From a virus: a DNA stretch of 64,000 nucleotides. The DNA lies in IMG/VR virus record IMGVR_UViG_3300042987_004038, positions 1 to 64,000 of that record. One strand, 5' to 3'. The notes under the pieces are model-generated. The model was not told the origin of the DNA and made no database searches. It saw only the letters and a list, made by a program, of their open reading frames with translations. Positions 43,061-53,855 of the stretch are shown here, piece by piece (position 1 is the stretch's first letter; each line of letters opens with the position of its first letter). A program made the position numbers and the translations under genes.

Positions 43061-44065
43061 ATGAAAGCAATGCTGATAACGGGAATTGCAGGACTTTTGG
43101 GGTCGAGATTCGCAAAATGGGTCCTCGACAATACTGATTACCAGGTCGTCGGCATTGATGACTTGTCTGGTGGATATATTGAAAATGTTGACAATAGAGC
43201 TGTTTTCTATAACGTAGACATATCTACGGAACTAAAGTCTATTCAAGATATTTTTGAAAAGCATAATATTGAAATTGTTTATCACTTTGCTGCTTATGCA
43301 GCAGAGGGACTAAGCCCATTTATTAGAAGGTTTAATTATCAGAACAATCTAATAAGCTCAACTAATCTCATTAACTCCTCTATTAAGCATGATGTTAAAA
43401 GATTTGTCTTCACTAGTTCGATGGCAGTCTATGGAGATAAAAACGAAGCACCGTTTAGTGAAGATCTAGCTCCTTGCCCAATAGATCCCTACGGGATTGC
43501 CAAATATGCAGTTGAAATGGATTTGAAATGTGCGTTTGAGCAGCATGGACTCAAATATACAATTATTAGACCGCACAATGTCTATGGTGAGGGACAAAAT
43601 ATCTGGGACAAGTATAGGAACGTTTTAGGGATTTGGACCTATCAGCTCATGAATGATATTCGTCCAACAATATTCGGGGATGGATTGCAGAAGAGGTCAT
43701 TTAGCTGCATTAGTGACTGTCTTGTTCCTCTGTGGAATGCATCGCAAAACGAAGATTGTGTCGGAGAAATAATCAACTTAGGTGGAATAAAAGAGACAAC
43801 TATTATTGATGCTTATCGAACTCTTTCACGTGTTAGCAAAACAAACGTTGAGCCTAATTTTTTGCAGCCTAGACATGAAGCCAAATATGCATGGTCGACC
43901 TGGGAGAAATCACAAAATCTTCTAGATTTCAATCATAAAATTGATCTTGAAGAAGGATTGACAGAAATGTGGAATTGGGCACAAAGGCAGCCAAACAGAG
44001 AAAGAAAGTCCTGGAGCAGTTACGAACTCGAAAAAGGTCTATACGATTTCTGGAAAAACAAATGA
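43061..44065 (+). CDS. NAD-dependent epimerase/dehydratase
   Basis: ITGIAGLLG, TSSMAVYG, YGIAK. Confidence 0.9.
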   Translation: MKAMLITGIAGLLGSRFAKWVLDNTDYQVVGIDDLSGGYIENVDNRAVFYNVDISTELKSIQDIFEKHNIEIVYHFAAYAAEGLSPFIRRFNYQNNLISSTNLINSSIKHDVKRFVFTSSMAVYGDKNEAPFSEDLAPCPIDPYGIAKYAVEMDLKCAFEQHGLKYTIIRPHNVYGEGQNIWDKYRNVLGIWTYQLMNDIRPTIFGDGLQKRSFSCISDCLVPLWNASQNEDCVGEIINLGGIKETTIIDAYRTLSRVSKTNVEPNFLQPRHEAKYAWSTWEKSQNLLDFNHKIDLEEGLTEMWNWAQRQPNRERKSWSSYELEKGLYDFWKNK

Positions 44066-45060
44066 ATATTGACTTTATCTGTAGATCCAGGGATATAAAA
44101 GTTGGAACTTATAGAATCTTAGTGCATGATTTGGCACGTGTCCTAGCTGATCAAGGACACAGCGTCCAAATTCACGGTCACGTTGAATCTACTAGAGAAG
44201 ATTCAGTTCTGATCTATAGCAAAGGTGACGTTAATTTACATAGAACAAATGATAAAAGAATATGCGGTGCAATAAGTCTTAGTGGAGATTCAAATCAAAA
44301 ATTTGATTTTTCAATAGTTAATTCAATTGAAGAGAAGAAATCAGTTGAGCACTTGTGCAAAGAAACTGTTATCATTAATCTTGTAGAAAAGATGTATCAG
44401 GGAATTCCTCTTAAGGATCACAAACCAGGTGATATTTTTACGGTAGGCTACCATGGAAGCTATACACATCTTCCCAAGCTAAAAGATGGATTTGTTGAGG
44501 CCTTTAATCATCTAATAGAAAATGGAAAAAGTATTAGGTTTAACTGTTTGACAAATAGCTCGACTATCTCAGGGGAGATTCTTAAAGATATCGGTCTTAA
44601 TATGAAAAACGTCACATTTAGAGACTGGGATTTTGGAATTGCAAGGGAGTTTATACAGCAGTCAGATGTTGGAATTATCCCAAACCTAACTTCTCTTAGG
44701 GATCACTCAGACATTGTAAATGATCACAATAATCGAATAGGAACATACAATACTGATTATATTTTTAGATTTAAAAACAAGTCAAACCCAGGAAGATCTT
44801 TTGTATTCAATCAGCTAGGAATTCCTGTTATTACTGATCTTACACCTTCAATGATGCCCATGTATTTTGACGAGATGTGCGGATCTGTCGCAACAAATTC
44901 ACACACATGGCTAAGGGCAATCAATAGGTTTATGAGTCACACTGAAAGAAACAGTGCTGCATTAATTGCCTATAATAGATTTTGTGAATTGTACAGCATG
45001 GAAAAAGATGCCCAAAACTTAGTAAGAATCATAGAAAATCTTCGAAAAGAGAGAATCTAG
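44062..45060 (+). CDS. Putative GT-B glycosyltransferase-like protein
   Basis: VGYHGS, DVGIIP, KSNPGR...LGIPVI. Confidence 0.55.
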   Translation: MNIDFICRSRDIKVGTYRILVHDLARVLADQGHSVQIHGHVESTREDSVLIYSKGDVNLHRTNDKRICGAISLSGDSNQKFDFSIVNSIEEKKSVEHLCKETVIINLVEKMYQGIPLKDHKPGDIFTVGYHGSYTHLPKLKDGFVEAFNHLIENGKSIRFNCLTNSSTISGEILKDIGLNMKNVTFRDWDFGIAREFIQQSDVGIIPNLTSLRDHSDIVNDHNNRIGTYNTDYIFRFKNKSNPGRSFVFNQLGIPVITDLTPSMMPMYFDEMCGSVATNSHTWLRAINRFMSHTERNSAALIAYNRFCELYSMEKDAQNLVRIIENLRKERI

Positions 45061-45675
45061 ATGGAATACCAAGATTACGTAAAAATGCAGACAGTATCTT
45101 CTCTTTCTCATGAAGAAGAGAAGCATGTTTGGGCAGAAGGACAACGACGCTTTGTAAGAGACATAATTAAAAATCTCAAAAAAGAAGATTTGATCCTTGA
45201 TTGTGCATGCGGAGATGGAATAGGAATTGAAGAGCTTGGAAGACTGGGATTTGATGCAATCGGCGTAGATCTTGCAGAACCAAAGCTAGAAAGAGCAAGA
45301 AAAAAGAATCTAAAAGTTCTTAATTCTGATATGCATGATCTCTCTATTTTTGCAGATCATCAATTTAGTGTGATTATTTGTTCTCATACTTTAGAGCACG
45401 CCTATAATCCTGACAAAGTTATTGAAAATTTTAGAAGAATTTTAAAGCCAGGCGGTCTATTGTTCATAGTTCTGCCATTCCCTGATCTAAGCAATAATAT
45501 TGATGTTCACATTGCAAAAGATGTGCTAGGAACATCAGATGAGAAAGATGGTGAAAATAAATTGAAATCATTTTTTGAAAATAGAGGATTTTCAATTTTT
45601 GAAAAGAAGTTTGACAGTTACAGAGAGCCAGAAATATGGCTATTTTTAAAAAATGTATCAAATGGTGAAATATGA
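45061..45675 (+). CDS. Class I SAM-dependent methyltransferase
   Basis: ILDCACGDG, SHTLEH, RILKPGG. Confidence 0.85.
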   Translation: MEYQDYVKMQTVSSLSHEEEKHVWAEGQRRFVRDIIKNLKKEDLILDCACGDGIGIEELGRLGFDAIGVDLAEPKLERARKKNLKVLNSDMHDLSIFADHQFSVIICSHTLEHAYNPDKVIENFRRILKPGGLLFIVLPFPDLSNNIDVHIAKDVLGTSDEKDGENKLKSFFENRGFSIFEKKFDSYREPEIWLFLKNVSNGEI

Positions 45676-46433
45676 GCAAATCAAAAGGAATACTATACAT
45701 TGCATTCGGCGACTCTTTCACCAGAGAGGGAGTAATGTCTTATTTGTCGCTTAGGCGACATATGCCAAATATAAATGTCTGCTTTATGACTGATCGAACT
45801 GATCTTCTTGAATTGCATAAAAATGAAGATTCAAATTTAATTGTTGAAAAAATACAGCCTAGACACATAAGATCAAAAGTTGACTTTGTATCAAAGACGC
45901 CCTTTGATAAGACGCTGTATCTTGATTCTGATACTTTTGTTGTTAGAGATCTCTCTGATGTTTTTGAATCTCTTGATAGATTTGATGTTGCTCTGACTCA
46001 CGACTTCGCAAGAAAGAGAAAGAAATATGCAGATATTATTCCTGAGTACGACCAAATTCCTTACTCTTTTTCTGAGGTAAATGGAGGAGTTTTTGCCTAT
46101 GCAAAGAATGAAAGGACTGAGAAGTTTTTAAATCTCTGGAATCATTATTTTTACAAATACTTCAATCAGACAAATGGCTGGGATCAGGTAAGTTTAAGAA
46201 TCTCTCTTTGGCAGAGTGATGTAAAGCTTTTTCATCTTCCCGTCGAATTCAACATAAGAAGCAAAGCTGTCAGAGAGAAGCAAGATAGATTCAAACACGA
46301 ATACGGTGAACAGCATATGGCGCCTAGAATCTATCATATGCACTATAATCCTGAAGTCCACCAGGGAATTTTCAGGATTCAAACGCTGGAAGATTTAGAG
46401 AAAAAAATAAAAGAAAATGCTCTGGAGTACTAG
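45672..46433 (+). CDS. GT-A glycosyltransferase (GT8-like)
   Basis: TLYLDSDT, NGGVF, WDQVSLR. Confidence 0.75.
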   Translation: MSKSKGILYIAFGDSFTREGVMSYLSLRRHMPNINVCFMTDRTDLLELHKNEDSNLIVEKIQPRHIRSKVDFVSKTPFDKTLYLDSDTFVVRDLSDVFESLDRFDVALTHDFARKRKKYADIIPEYDQIPYSFSEVNGGVFAYAKNERTEKFLNLWNHYFYKYFNQTNGWDQVSLRISLWQSDVKLFHLPVEFNIRSKAVREKQDRFKHEYGEQHMAPRIYHMHYNPEVHQGIFRIQTLEDLEKKIKENALEY

Positions 46434-46442
46434 GAGAAAATT

Positions 46443-47201
46443 ATGAAACTAGCTATATTGATCACTGCTCATGCTCAAACAATAGAGTGGGAATTAAATG
46501 CAGAGTTCTTTAAAAGAATGCCAAGCGACAGTATCATTAGAAATGCTGATATAATTGCATATGCTAATTGCAAAGATATTAAAGCTTCAAAAATTGAGCA
46601 ATACTTGGAACTTTTTCCTAATCCGAGAAAGTATCTCTTATACACGCCCTTGAATGGACATTCAGTTGCTAATTTACCAATTGACGTAAGTACAAACCAG
46701 TATAAGACAAACTTCAATAACAGAGCAGGATATTTATTTGGAGCCCTCGAGGCCTACACAGGAACATTTGATCTACTAAAAACATATGACTATGTAGTTC
46801 AAATAAACCCTGATGTTTATATCACTGATTGTTCTAAGCTTGAAACCTATTTGATGGAGAAAGTCAACTCACCTGAAGTTTTTCATGTCAATACAATGAG
46901 AGCTGATATTGACAAGGGATTCACGTGTGACTTTATTGTTTATCGTCCTAACATGATGCCTGGAAATATTTTTTCCTCTTACAGATCTCCTGAAGTAATG
47001 AACTATGTCCTAGAGAAGTCAAATTCTGATCCAAATTTTAAATTCATACCTGAGCAGATACTCAAGAGAATTTGTGATGTGTTCAATTTGAAATACGGAG
47101 TAATATGCCCGGGAACTAGAAATGGTAGACAAATAGACGCTTATGGATTGTGGCATTGTCATGACATAGATGCTGCAAGAAGAGAGCTTGGGCTAGCATG
47201 A
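46443..47201 (+). CDS. Hypothetical protein, possible GT-A fold
   Basis: YDYVVQINPDVY; cluster context. Confidence 0.5.
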   Translation: MKLAILITAHAQTIEWELNAEFFKRMPSDSIIRNADIIAYANCKDIKASKIEQYLELFPNPRKYLLYTPLNGHSVANLPIDVSTNQYKTNFNNRAGYLFGALEAYTGTFDLLKTYDYVVQINPDVYITDCSKLETYLMEKVNSPEVFHVNTMRADIDKGFTCDFIVYRPNMMPGNIFSSYRSPEVMNYVLEKSNSDPNFKFIPEQILKRICDVFNLKYGVICPGTRNGRQIDAYGLWHCHDIDAARRELGLA

Positions 47202-48139
47202 GAGCACTATTTCTACATTTTTCACATCTAAATGATGAAATTGAAGGAAGAGAGCTTCCTAGATATTTTGCAAAAATGGGTCATAGCGTCCACAGCCTTT
47301 TTGTGAAAGATGTAAGAAAATTTGTTGCAAGATTCCATTCCAATGGTTCGATTGAAACAATTAATGAGAATGAACTTTTTGAAAATTACGAATTGATTGT
47401 TTGCAAGAGTAGCTCATTCCAGAGATACGGAAAGAAATATACGGGACCAACAACACGAGTCGTTAATGTGACCCCAATGGGAATTGATTACAATCTCTCA
47501 GGTGTAACACAGGGTTTTGATGTTAGTCAGCTTATTAAACCCCCAGTTGAAGATATGAAAAATGTCTTAACCGGATACATTCCCTGGGAAAAAAGAAAAA
47601 ACCAAATTGTCATAGCAGCAAGCATAGGATCTGATAAAAATCAACTAGAATTCGTTGACTACTTTGATCCGCAGCTATTTCCTAATTTTAGAATCCTGTT
47701 TTTAGGAACAATTGTTTCTGATTCATACGTCCAGCAATTGAAAAATATTCTAAAAAGAAAAAATGTCGAATTTGAATTTGACAATGTTGATAGAAAAACT
47801 CTGGCTCAAATCTTCTTGGAGTCCAAGTTTTCTGCTTTAACAACAGATCCCAGGCCCGCTCAACCCTACGACCCCAGCCCGAGGGTTGTATTTGAATCAG
47901 TGAGTGCCGGAACACCGTGTCTATTATCAGATCTGGTTAGAGTTCATGATGGAGCAAAGCGTTTTTCCTTCTTTTATGAACATCAAAACAGGAATTCATT
48001 TTTAGATATGATGAATCGTGTTTCTCATTTTGATATTTCTTCTCTATCAAAAGAAAGTCATGATTATGCTTCTCGAGAATATACAATGGAAAATGCGTGT
48101 AAAACTGCCTATAATGATATTATGGAAACAATAAAGTGA
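47198..48139 (+). CDS. GT4-like glycosyltransferase
   Basis: KNQLEF, DPSPRVVFESVSAGTPCL. Confidence 0.7.
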   Translation: MRALFLHFSHLNDEIEGRELPRYFAKMGHSVHSLFVKDVRKFVARFHSNGSIETINENELFENYELIVCKSSSFQRYGKKYTGPTTRVVNVTPMGIDYNLSGVTQGFDVSQLIKPPVEDMKNVLTGYIPWEKRKNQIVIAASIGSDKNQLEFVDYFDPQLFPNFRILFLGTIVSDSYVQQLKNILKRKNVEFEFDNVDRKTLAQIFLESKFSALTTDPRPAQPYDPSPRVVFESVSAGTPCLLSDLVRVHDGAKRFSFFYEHQNRNSFLDMMNRVSHFDISSLSKESHDYASREYTMENACKTAYNDIMETIK

Positions 48140-48777
48140 CAACCAAAGATTTAATCTGTTTTATGTCTCATATAGACGATTTTGAGATATCTTGCCTCTC
48201 CTATCTCTTTAAGCACAAGGACGAGTATAGGGACATTAAGTGCATAGTGGCAACAACCTGGGATGCCAAAAAAGAGATCTGGAAAGAAAATCTTTCTGCC
48301 ATTGAAGAAAAAATTCAAAGAAAGATTTCTTATGAAAATCTTGGTTTCGAACAGAGAAAAATGCAAACAAATCTTGATGACATAAAAAATAGTCTCTATG
48401 GAAAAATAAGCTTTGATAAGTCATCAAGATTCGATATTATCTCTCACGATTTCAATGATTGTCACACAGATCACCTTGCTGCACATTTAATATCAAAAGG
48501 TCTCTACAAATATTCTGATAGATTTATTACTGTGTATTCTCCAAGCTCTTCAAAATTTGATGCTAATTATTGGATAAATTTGACCGATGAAGATTTTGAA
48601 TTTAAGAAACTTATGCTTGACAAGTATGACATTAATGTTGAGCAGTCCTATACAAAGCTAGGATATTATCTACAGAGTGAAAAGCACTATGATATTGGGA
48701 GTGCCTATTATCTTGAAAACTTTGTTCATAAGCACTACAATCACTATGAATGCTATAGGATACTGAAATGGTCATGA
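48136..48777 (+). CDS. PIG-L/LmbE-like deacetylase
   Basis: SHIDDFE and DCHTDH motifs. Confidence 0.7.
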   Translation: MTTKDLICFMSHIDDFEISCLSYLFKHKDEYRDIKCIVATTWDAKKEIWKENLSAIEEKIQRKISYENLGFEQRKMQTNLDDIKNSLYGKISFDKSSRFDIISHDFNDCHTDHLAAHLISKGLYKYSDRFITVYSPSSSKFDANYWINLTDEDFEFKKLMLDKYDINVEQSYTKLGYYLQSEKHYDIGSAYYLENFVHKHYNHYECYRILKWS

Positions 48778-49418
48778 AGAATCCCAGGTACGTTGCAGAT
48801 GCCTTTTATTTTGATACTGATATAGTGAGTAAAAATCCTACATTTGTTCATGTTGGAACTTTTACTGGCAAACTAGAGACAAAATTGACAGAAATGTTTC
48901 CGGATTGCAAAATTTATTCAATTGAGCCGCATCCCGATAATTTTGCCAGGCTTGTCAAGAGCACAAGTCATCTGGAAAATGTAATTAGAATTAACAAAGC
49001 CGTTATTACAACTGATGACGAGAAGACAAAACTAGAAGGCTCGGGATCTTGTGCAACCACGTATCTAACCACTCGTGGCATAGAAGTTCAGGCCACGACA
49101 ATTGAAAAGATAATCAAAGAATATGAAATTTCTGATGTTGATTGCATGTTTTACAATGCTGAAGGATCAGAAATGGAATTTATTCCTTACATTGTATCGA
49201 ATAGTATCAACAAGAAGATCAAGCAACTTTGTCTAAATTTTCACGTTCACGTCCCGCAGTTCAATATAACCTATGAAAAAGTTGATAATCTTCTGAGAAA
49301 TTCAGGTATTTCTGATCTATACGACATCAATGATGACAGGATCACAAAAATTGCTTCAAAAGCGACAGGCAGTCCAACGAGTGAAAAGTATCCATGCTTT
49401 CTTTTTATTAGAAAGTAA
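48768..49418 (+). CDS. FkbM-family methyltransferase
   Basis: VHVGTFTG, IEPHP, NAEGSE. Confidence 0.7.
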   Translation: MVMKNPRYVADAFYFDTDIVSKNPTFVHVGTFTGKLETKLTEMFPDCKIYSIEPHPDNFARLVKSTSHLENVIRINKAVITTDDEKTKLEGSGSCATTYLTTRGIEVQATTIEKIIKEYEISDVDCMFYNAEGSEMEFIPYIVSNSINKKIKQLCLNFHVHVPQFNITYEKVDNLLRNSGISDLYDINDDRITKIASKATGSPTSEKYPCFLFIRK

Positions 49419-50012
49419 ATGATTATCTCTATTCATCAGCCTGAGCATTTTCCATACATGGGATTCTTCCAAAAAATGGAAGCCTGTGACCTTTTTGTTG
49501 TACTTGATACAGTAAAGTTTAGAAAAAACTACTTTCAAAATAGAAATAGATTTATCAACAGGTCTGGAGAAGAAGAGTGGTTTACTGTTCCTGTTGAAAA
49601 AGATGCAAATTCAAAGGCAATCAACCAAGTTTCTGTCTCCCAGATTGGAAATTGGCGAACAAAAGTTCCAAAGCAGATCAAGCTTAACCTGGGGCATAAC
49701 GTAGAAGACATCTATCAGTCAAGTAACAAGCTTGTAGACATAAACATGGCATCAATAAACTGGGTAAGAGAAAAGCTTGGCATTAAGACGCCAATGATAA
49801 TGTCATCTGATATCTCTCCAGTAGGCGCCAAGACTGATTTAATCATAGATGTTTGCCAAAAACTAAAAGCAGACGAATACATCTCAGGAGAAAGTGGAAG
49901 AGACTATCTTGAGAGACAAAAATTCTATGATAATGGAATAAAGTTGACTTTTTTTGAACCAAAAGTTGACAATTTAATGTCTTCGATCTACAATATTCCA
50001 ACGAGAAAATAA
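49419..50012 (+). CDS. WbqC-like protein
   Basis: SIHQPEHFPYMGFF, FQNRN, YISGESGRDYL. Confidence 0.85.
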   Translation: MIISIHQPEHFPYMGFFQKMEACDLFVVLDTVKFRKNYFQNRNRFINRSGEEEWFTVPVEKDANSKAINQVSVSQIGNWRTKVPKQIKLNLGHNVEDIYQSSNKLVDINMASINWVREKLGIKTPMIMSSDISPVGAKTDLIIDVCQKLKADEYISGESGRDYLERQKFYDNGIKLTFFEPKVDNLMSSIYNIPTRK

Positions 50013-50014
50013 AA

Positions 50015-50779
50015 ATGAAAACTTACGATTGCTTCCTCTTTTTTGATGAATTTGATCTACTTGAATTAAGACTTGAAACTCTTTATGATCATGTTGACGT
50101 GTTTGTTTTGGTCGAAAGTAAGTTTACTTTTACAGGAAATCCAAAGCCTCTTTACTTTTTAGAAAATAGAGATAGATTTAAAAAGTGGTCTGATAAAATT
50201 AGACACGTAATAATTCAAGATAGGTTTGAATCTGAAAATACATGGCAAACTGAGTACAGAGATAGGAATCAAATAGGTGTAGGCCTATTTGACGCTGAGC
50301 CGGAAGATCTAATATTTGTATCAGATTGTGACGAAATCTGGGATCCAGAGAAAAAGCTCTTTTTAGTAGATCAAAATTTTCCCATTAGATACATGGCTAC
50401 GCTGAGTTATTATTTTCTCAATCTAAGAAGAGTGAATTTCTCATCAGGAAGATGCACAGCAAGGACACACTTTAGAAATTTCAAAGATGCCCAATCTTTG
50501 AGATCTAATCAGAACTGTATTAAACTTGAAAATAGTAGCTGGCATTTTAGTTACATTGCTGATGCAGATAGAATTATCAAAAAGATTCAGGCTTTTTCAC
50601 ATACTGAATATAATACTCCGTATTTTACCGACAAAGATAGAATCATAGAGAAGATTAAAGAAGGAAAAGATCTACTCGATAGAGATGCAGTGTATAAAGC
50701 AGTCCCAGTTGATCATACCTTTCCAAAGCCTATCCAGGAAAATCCAGACAGGTGGAAAAATTTCTTGAAAGATTTATGA
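50015..50779 (+). CDS. GT17-like (beta-1,4-GlcNAc transferase-like) protein
   Basis: YDCFLFFDEFDLLELRL, SDCDEI, WHFSY, KIQAFSHTE. Confidence 0.8.
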   Translation: MKTYDCFLFFDEFDLLELRLETLYDHVDVFVLVESKFTFTGNPKPLYFLENRDRFKKWSDKIRHVIIQDRFESENTWQTEYRDRNQIGVGLFDAEPEDLIFVSDCDEIWDPEKKLFLVDQNFPIRYMATLSYYFLNLRRVNFSSGRCTARTHFRNFKDAQSLRSNQNCIKLENSSWHFSYIADADRIIKKIQAFSHTEYNTPYFTDKDRIIEKIKEGKDLLDRDAVYKAVPVDHTFPKPIQENPDRWKNFLKDL

Positions 50780-50807
50780 TTGTTAAAAACAAGCAAAGAG
50801 AGAAAAA

Positions 50808-51752
50808 ATGAGCATTGCAGTAATTGGGCAGGGTTTTGTTGGGGGATCTCTGACGACAGTTTTTTCTGAAAGGGGATTTACTGTCTATACGTATGATAAA
50901 TCAGGAAAGAGATCACCTGGTTCATTTGATCTATCTTCCACATGGTCACTAAAGGGAATGATAGACTACGCAGAGAGAGTAGGACCCACAAAGGGTCAAA
51001 AGTTTTCTGGTGTCTACTTTGTTTGCGTGCCTACTCCAATGTACGAAGATGGATCTGCTGATCTTTCAATTGTTGAAAGTGTACTCGAAGAGCTGGCAGA
51101 ATCTCCTGGTGAGAGAATAGCAGTTGTCAAGTCTACAGTTCCTCCCGGATCGACGGATAAGTGGAACAAGCGTTTTAATTCAAGCGGCCTCTATATTGTT
51201 TTTAATCCAGAGTTTTTAACTGAAGCAAACGCAATTAATGATATGAGAGAGCAAAATCGGATTATTCTCGGAGGACCAAGGCCTCAAATAAATACAGTTA
51301 AAAATGTATTCCAGCGAGCATTTCCAAGCGTACCAATTGTCAAGACAGGCTCGACAACAGCTGAAATGGTAAAGTATGTTACCAATTGCTTCCTTGCAGT
51401 CAAGGTATCATTTGCAAATGAAATATCTCAGATATGTGAATCTCTTGATAAGAATGGATACAACATTGACTATGACAAGGTAATTGAGTATGCCAAATTT
51501 GATCAAAGGATTGGTGAGTCTCACTGGTCAGTACCAGGTCCGGTCCCTACACACGATGGAAGATATGTGAGAGGATTTGGCGGACATTGCTTTCCAAAAG
51601 ATATTAATGCTCTAATTTCAGTTGCAAAAGAAAGCGGAGTAAATCCAACTGTGATGAACGCTGCCTGGGAAAAGAATCTGGAAGTTAGAGGTACAAATGA
51701 TAGAGATTGGGAGCACCAGATTGGTAGGGCTGTGAGTAAAAAGATAAACTAG
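50808..51752 (+). CDS. UDP-glucose/GDP-mannose dehydrogenase family protein (short form)
   Basis: IGQGFVG, CVPTP, KSTVPPG, NPEFL, GFGGHCFPKD. Confidence 0.85.
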   Translation: MSIAVIGQGFVGGSLTTVFSERGFTVYTYDKSGKRSPGSFDLSSTWSLKGMIDYAERVGPTKGQKFSGVYFVCVPTPMYEDGSADLSIVESVLEELAESPGERIAVVKSTVPPGSTDKWNKRFNSSGLYIVFNPEFLTEANAINDMREQNRIILGGPRPQINTVKNVFQRAFPSVPIVKTGSTTAEMVKYVTNCFLAVKVSFANEISQICESLDKNGYNIDYDKVIEYAKFDQRIGESHWSVPGPVPTHDGRYVRGFGGHCFPKDINALISVAKESGVNPTVMNAAWEKNLEVRGTNDRDWEHQIGRAVSKKIN

Positions 51753-51775
51753 AGAAATATTGGATATGATTTTTT

Positions 51776-52591
51776 GTGACAAATTTTCCAACAGGCAAAC
51801 CTCACGTTTCTTATTCTGAGATTAGGGCATGGAAAGAATGCTCTTGGAGACATAAGCTTGTATATGTTGACAAGATAGACAAGTTTAAGCCTAGTCCAAA
51901 TATTGACTTTGGCACCCATGTTCACGCTGAATGTGAAGACTATCTGGTCAAGAGAACTTTTAATTTAGATCGACTTGAAAATAGCATAGCATCTGGGTGG
52001 AAAGAGAAGAACTTTGGAGATCCCACGCCTTGGATTTCTGAAGCAAAGCAAATCCTAGAAGAAATTCCAGAATTTCTGGAAAATAATTTTCCAGATTGGG
52101 CTTGTATTGCATCAGAACACCAACTTTATGAATCTATTGAAGGTAGCGACGTCAAATTTAAGGGATTCATAGACGGCATGATTAGATCGAAAAATAAGAG
52201 AGGCCAGGAAAAGCTCTGGTTAATAGACTGGAAAACAACCTCTGCTAGGGGCTGGAATAGTGATAAGCGTCGAGATTTTCTTGTTCAGGCACAACTTGCA
52301 CTGTATAAATTTTATACGAGTCAAAAATTTGAAATAGATCCAAAAGACATAAAGTGTGCCTTTGTTCTTCTTAAGAGAGGATCAAAAAAAGGAAAAGCAT
52401 GCGAACTAATAGACATCTCAGTTGGACCAAAAACACTTGAGAATGCTAATAAGCTTGTAACTTCAATGATCAAGAGTGTAAATTCTGGAATTTACCTAAA
52501 AAACAGATCATCGTGCACTTACTGCGAATTCAAGGGCACTGATCATTGCCCTGGATCTACAGAGTTTTCGGCATTTACGACGCAAAGATAG
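51776..52591 (+). CDS. PD-(D/E)XK nuclease (Cas4/AddB-like)
   Basis: SYS...C, GFID, LIDWKT, QLALY, CTYCEF...C. Confidence 0.85.
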   Translation: MTNFPTGKPHVSYSEIRAWKECSWRHKLVYVDKIDKFKPSPNIDFGTHVHAECEDYLVKRTFNLDRLENSIASGWKEKNFGDPTPWISEAKQILEEIPEFLENNFPDWACIASEHQLYESIEGSDVKFKGFIDGMIRSKNKRGQEKLWLIDWKTTSARGWNSDKRRDFLVQAQLALYKFYTSQKFEIDPKDIKCAFVLLKRGSKKGKACELIDISVGPKTLENANKLVTSMIKSVNSGIYLKNRSSCTYCEFKGTDHCPGSTEFSAFTTQR

Positions 52592-52613
52592 AGCTTATTG
52601 TTTGGATAATAAC

Positions 52614-53855
52614 ATGAAGAAGAAAGTACTAATTCTATCGGATCACGCCCTTTCAACGTCTGGTGTAGGAACTCAAACGCGACATCTAGTAAATGGTCTT
52701 CTTGAGAAGGGCAGGTGGACATTTAGACAGTTTGGTGCTGCAATGAAGCACACAGACTATAGGACTGTTGTTGTTAATGAGGATTTTATTATTAAGCCAA
52801 TTGATGGTTTTGGGAATAGAGATCTTCTGAGAGTAACTCTTGCAACAGAGAAGCCCGATCTTCTTTTGATATTTACCGATCCAAGGTTTTTTATTTGGCT
52901 TTTTGAGATGGAAGATGAAATCCATCAAGTCTGTCCAATTGCCTGGTGGCATGTATGGGATAACCTCCCGTATCCTAGCTTCAATTCTCCTCTTTACGAA
53001 GCTACAGATTTAATTAACTGTCACTCATATGCAACATTTGAGATGCTGAAAGACAGATTCCCTAATAAGACAAATTTTATCCCGCACTCACTTCCTCCTG
53101 ATCTTTTTTATCCGCTTTCTGCCCAAGAAAGAAGGATGTACAAGTCAAGTCTTCTAGGAAGCGACAAGATAGAAAATTTTGTAGGAATCTGGGTAAATAG
53201 AAATGCGAGAAGAAAAAGGCCAAGCGATGTCCTTGAGGCTTGGAAGATATTTCTTGATGATTTGAAGAGAACCAAGGGACACCAGAAGGCTTCACTTATA
53301 ATGCATACCGATCCGCTCGATCAAGAAGGGCCAAACTTGTACGCGGTATGTGATCACCTCGGAATATCAAACAATGTTGTATTTTCCAAGGAGAGGCTAG
53401 GCTTTGACAAGATGAATATTCTCTATAATATTTCAGATTTTTGTCTAAATATTAGTTTTGCAGAGGGTTTTGGACTTGCAACGCTTGAATCAATGAATGC
53501 AGGTACACCAATCATAGCGGCAAAAACGGGAGGATTGACAAGGCAGGCTGTTGACCATAGAGACGGATCACACAATGGTATTGCTCTTGATATAGATCTC
53601 AAGGTAATGGTTGGGTCGCAGGGGGTCCCATACATCTATGAGGACTATGTTTCAACAGAAAATACATCTCGAGCAATAATGAAACTCTATGAAATGTCAG
53701 ATCTAGAAAAAGAGAAACTTAGAAGGAAAGTTTTTAGCTATTCAAGATCAGAATTCTCATTCAGCAAGACTATTGACGATTGGCATTCAACAGCTTCAAA
53801 TCTAGTTGAAAACTGGAAAAAAGATAGAAAGAACTACGTTGTGAGGGAAATGTGA
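52614..53855 (+). CDS. GT4 family glycosyltransferase
   Basis: NRNARRK, EGFGLATLESMNAGTPII. Confidence 0.85.
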   Translation: MKKKVLILSDHALSTSGVGTQTRHLVNGLLEKGRWTFRQFGAAMKHTDYRTVVVNEDFIIKPIDGFGNRDLLRVTLATEKPDLLLIFTDPRFFIWLFEMEDEIHQVCPIAWWHVWDNLPYPSFNSPLYEATDLINCHSYATFEMLKDRFPNKTNFIPHSLPPDLFYPLSAQERRMYKSSLLGSDKIENFVGIWVNRNARRKRPSDVLEAWKIFLDDLKRTKGHQKASLIMHTDPLDQEGPNLYAVCDHLGISNNVVFSKERLGFDKMNILYNISDFCLNISFAEGFGLATLESMNAGTPIIAAKTGGLTRQAVDHRDGSHNGIALDIDLKVMVGSQGVPYIYEDYVSTENTSRAIMKLYEMSDLEKEKLRRKVFSYSRSEFSFSKTIDDWHSTASNLVENWKKDRKNYVVREM

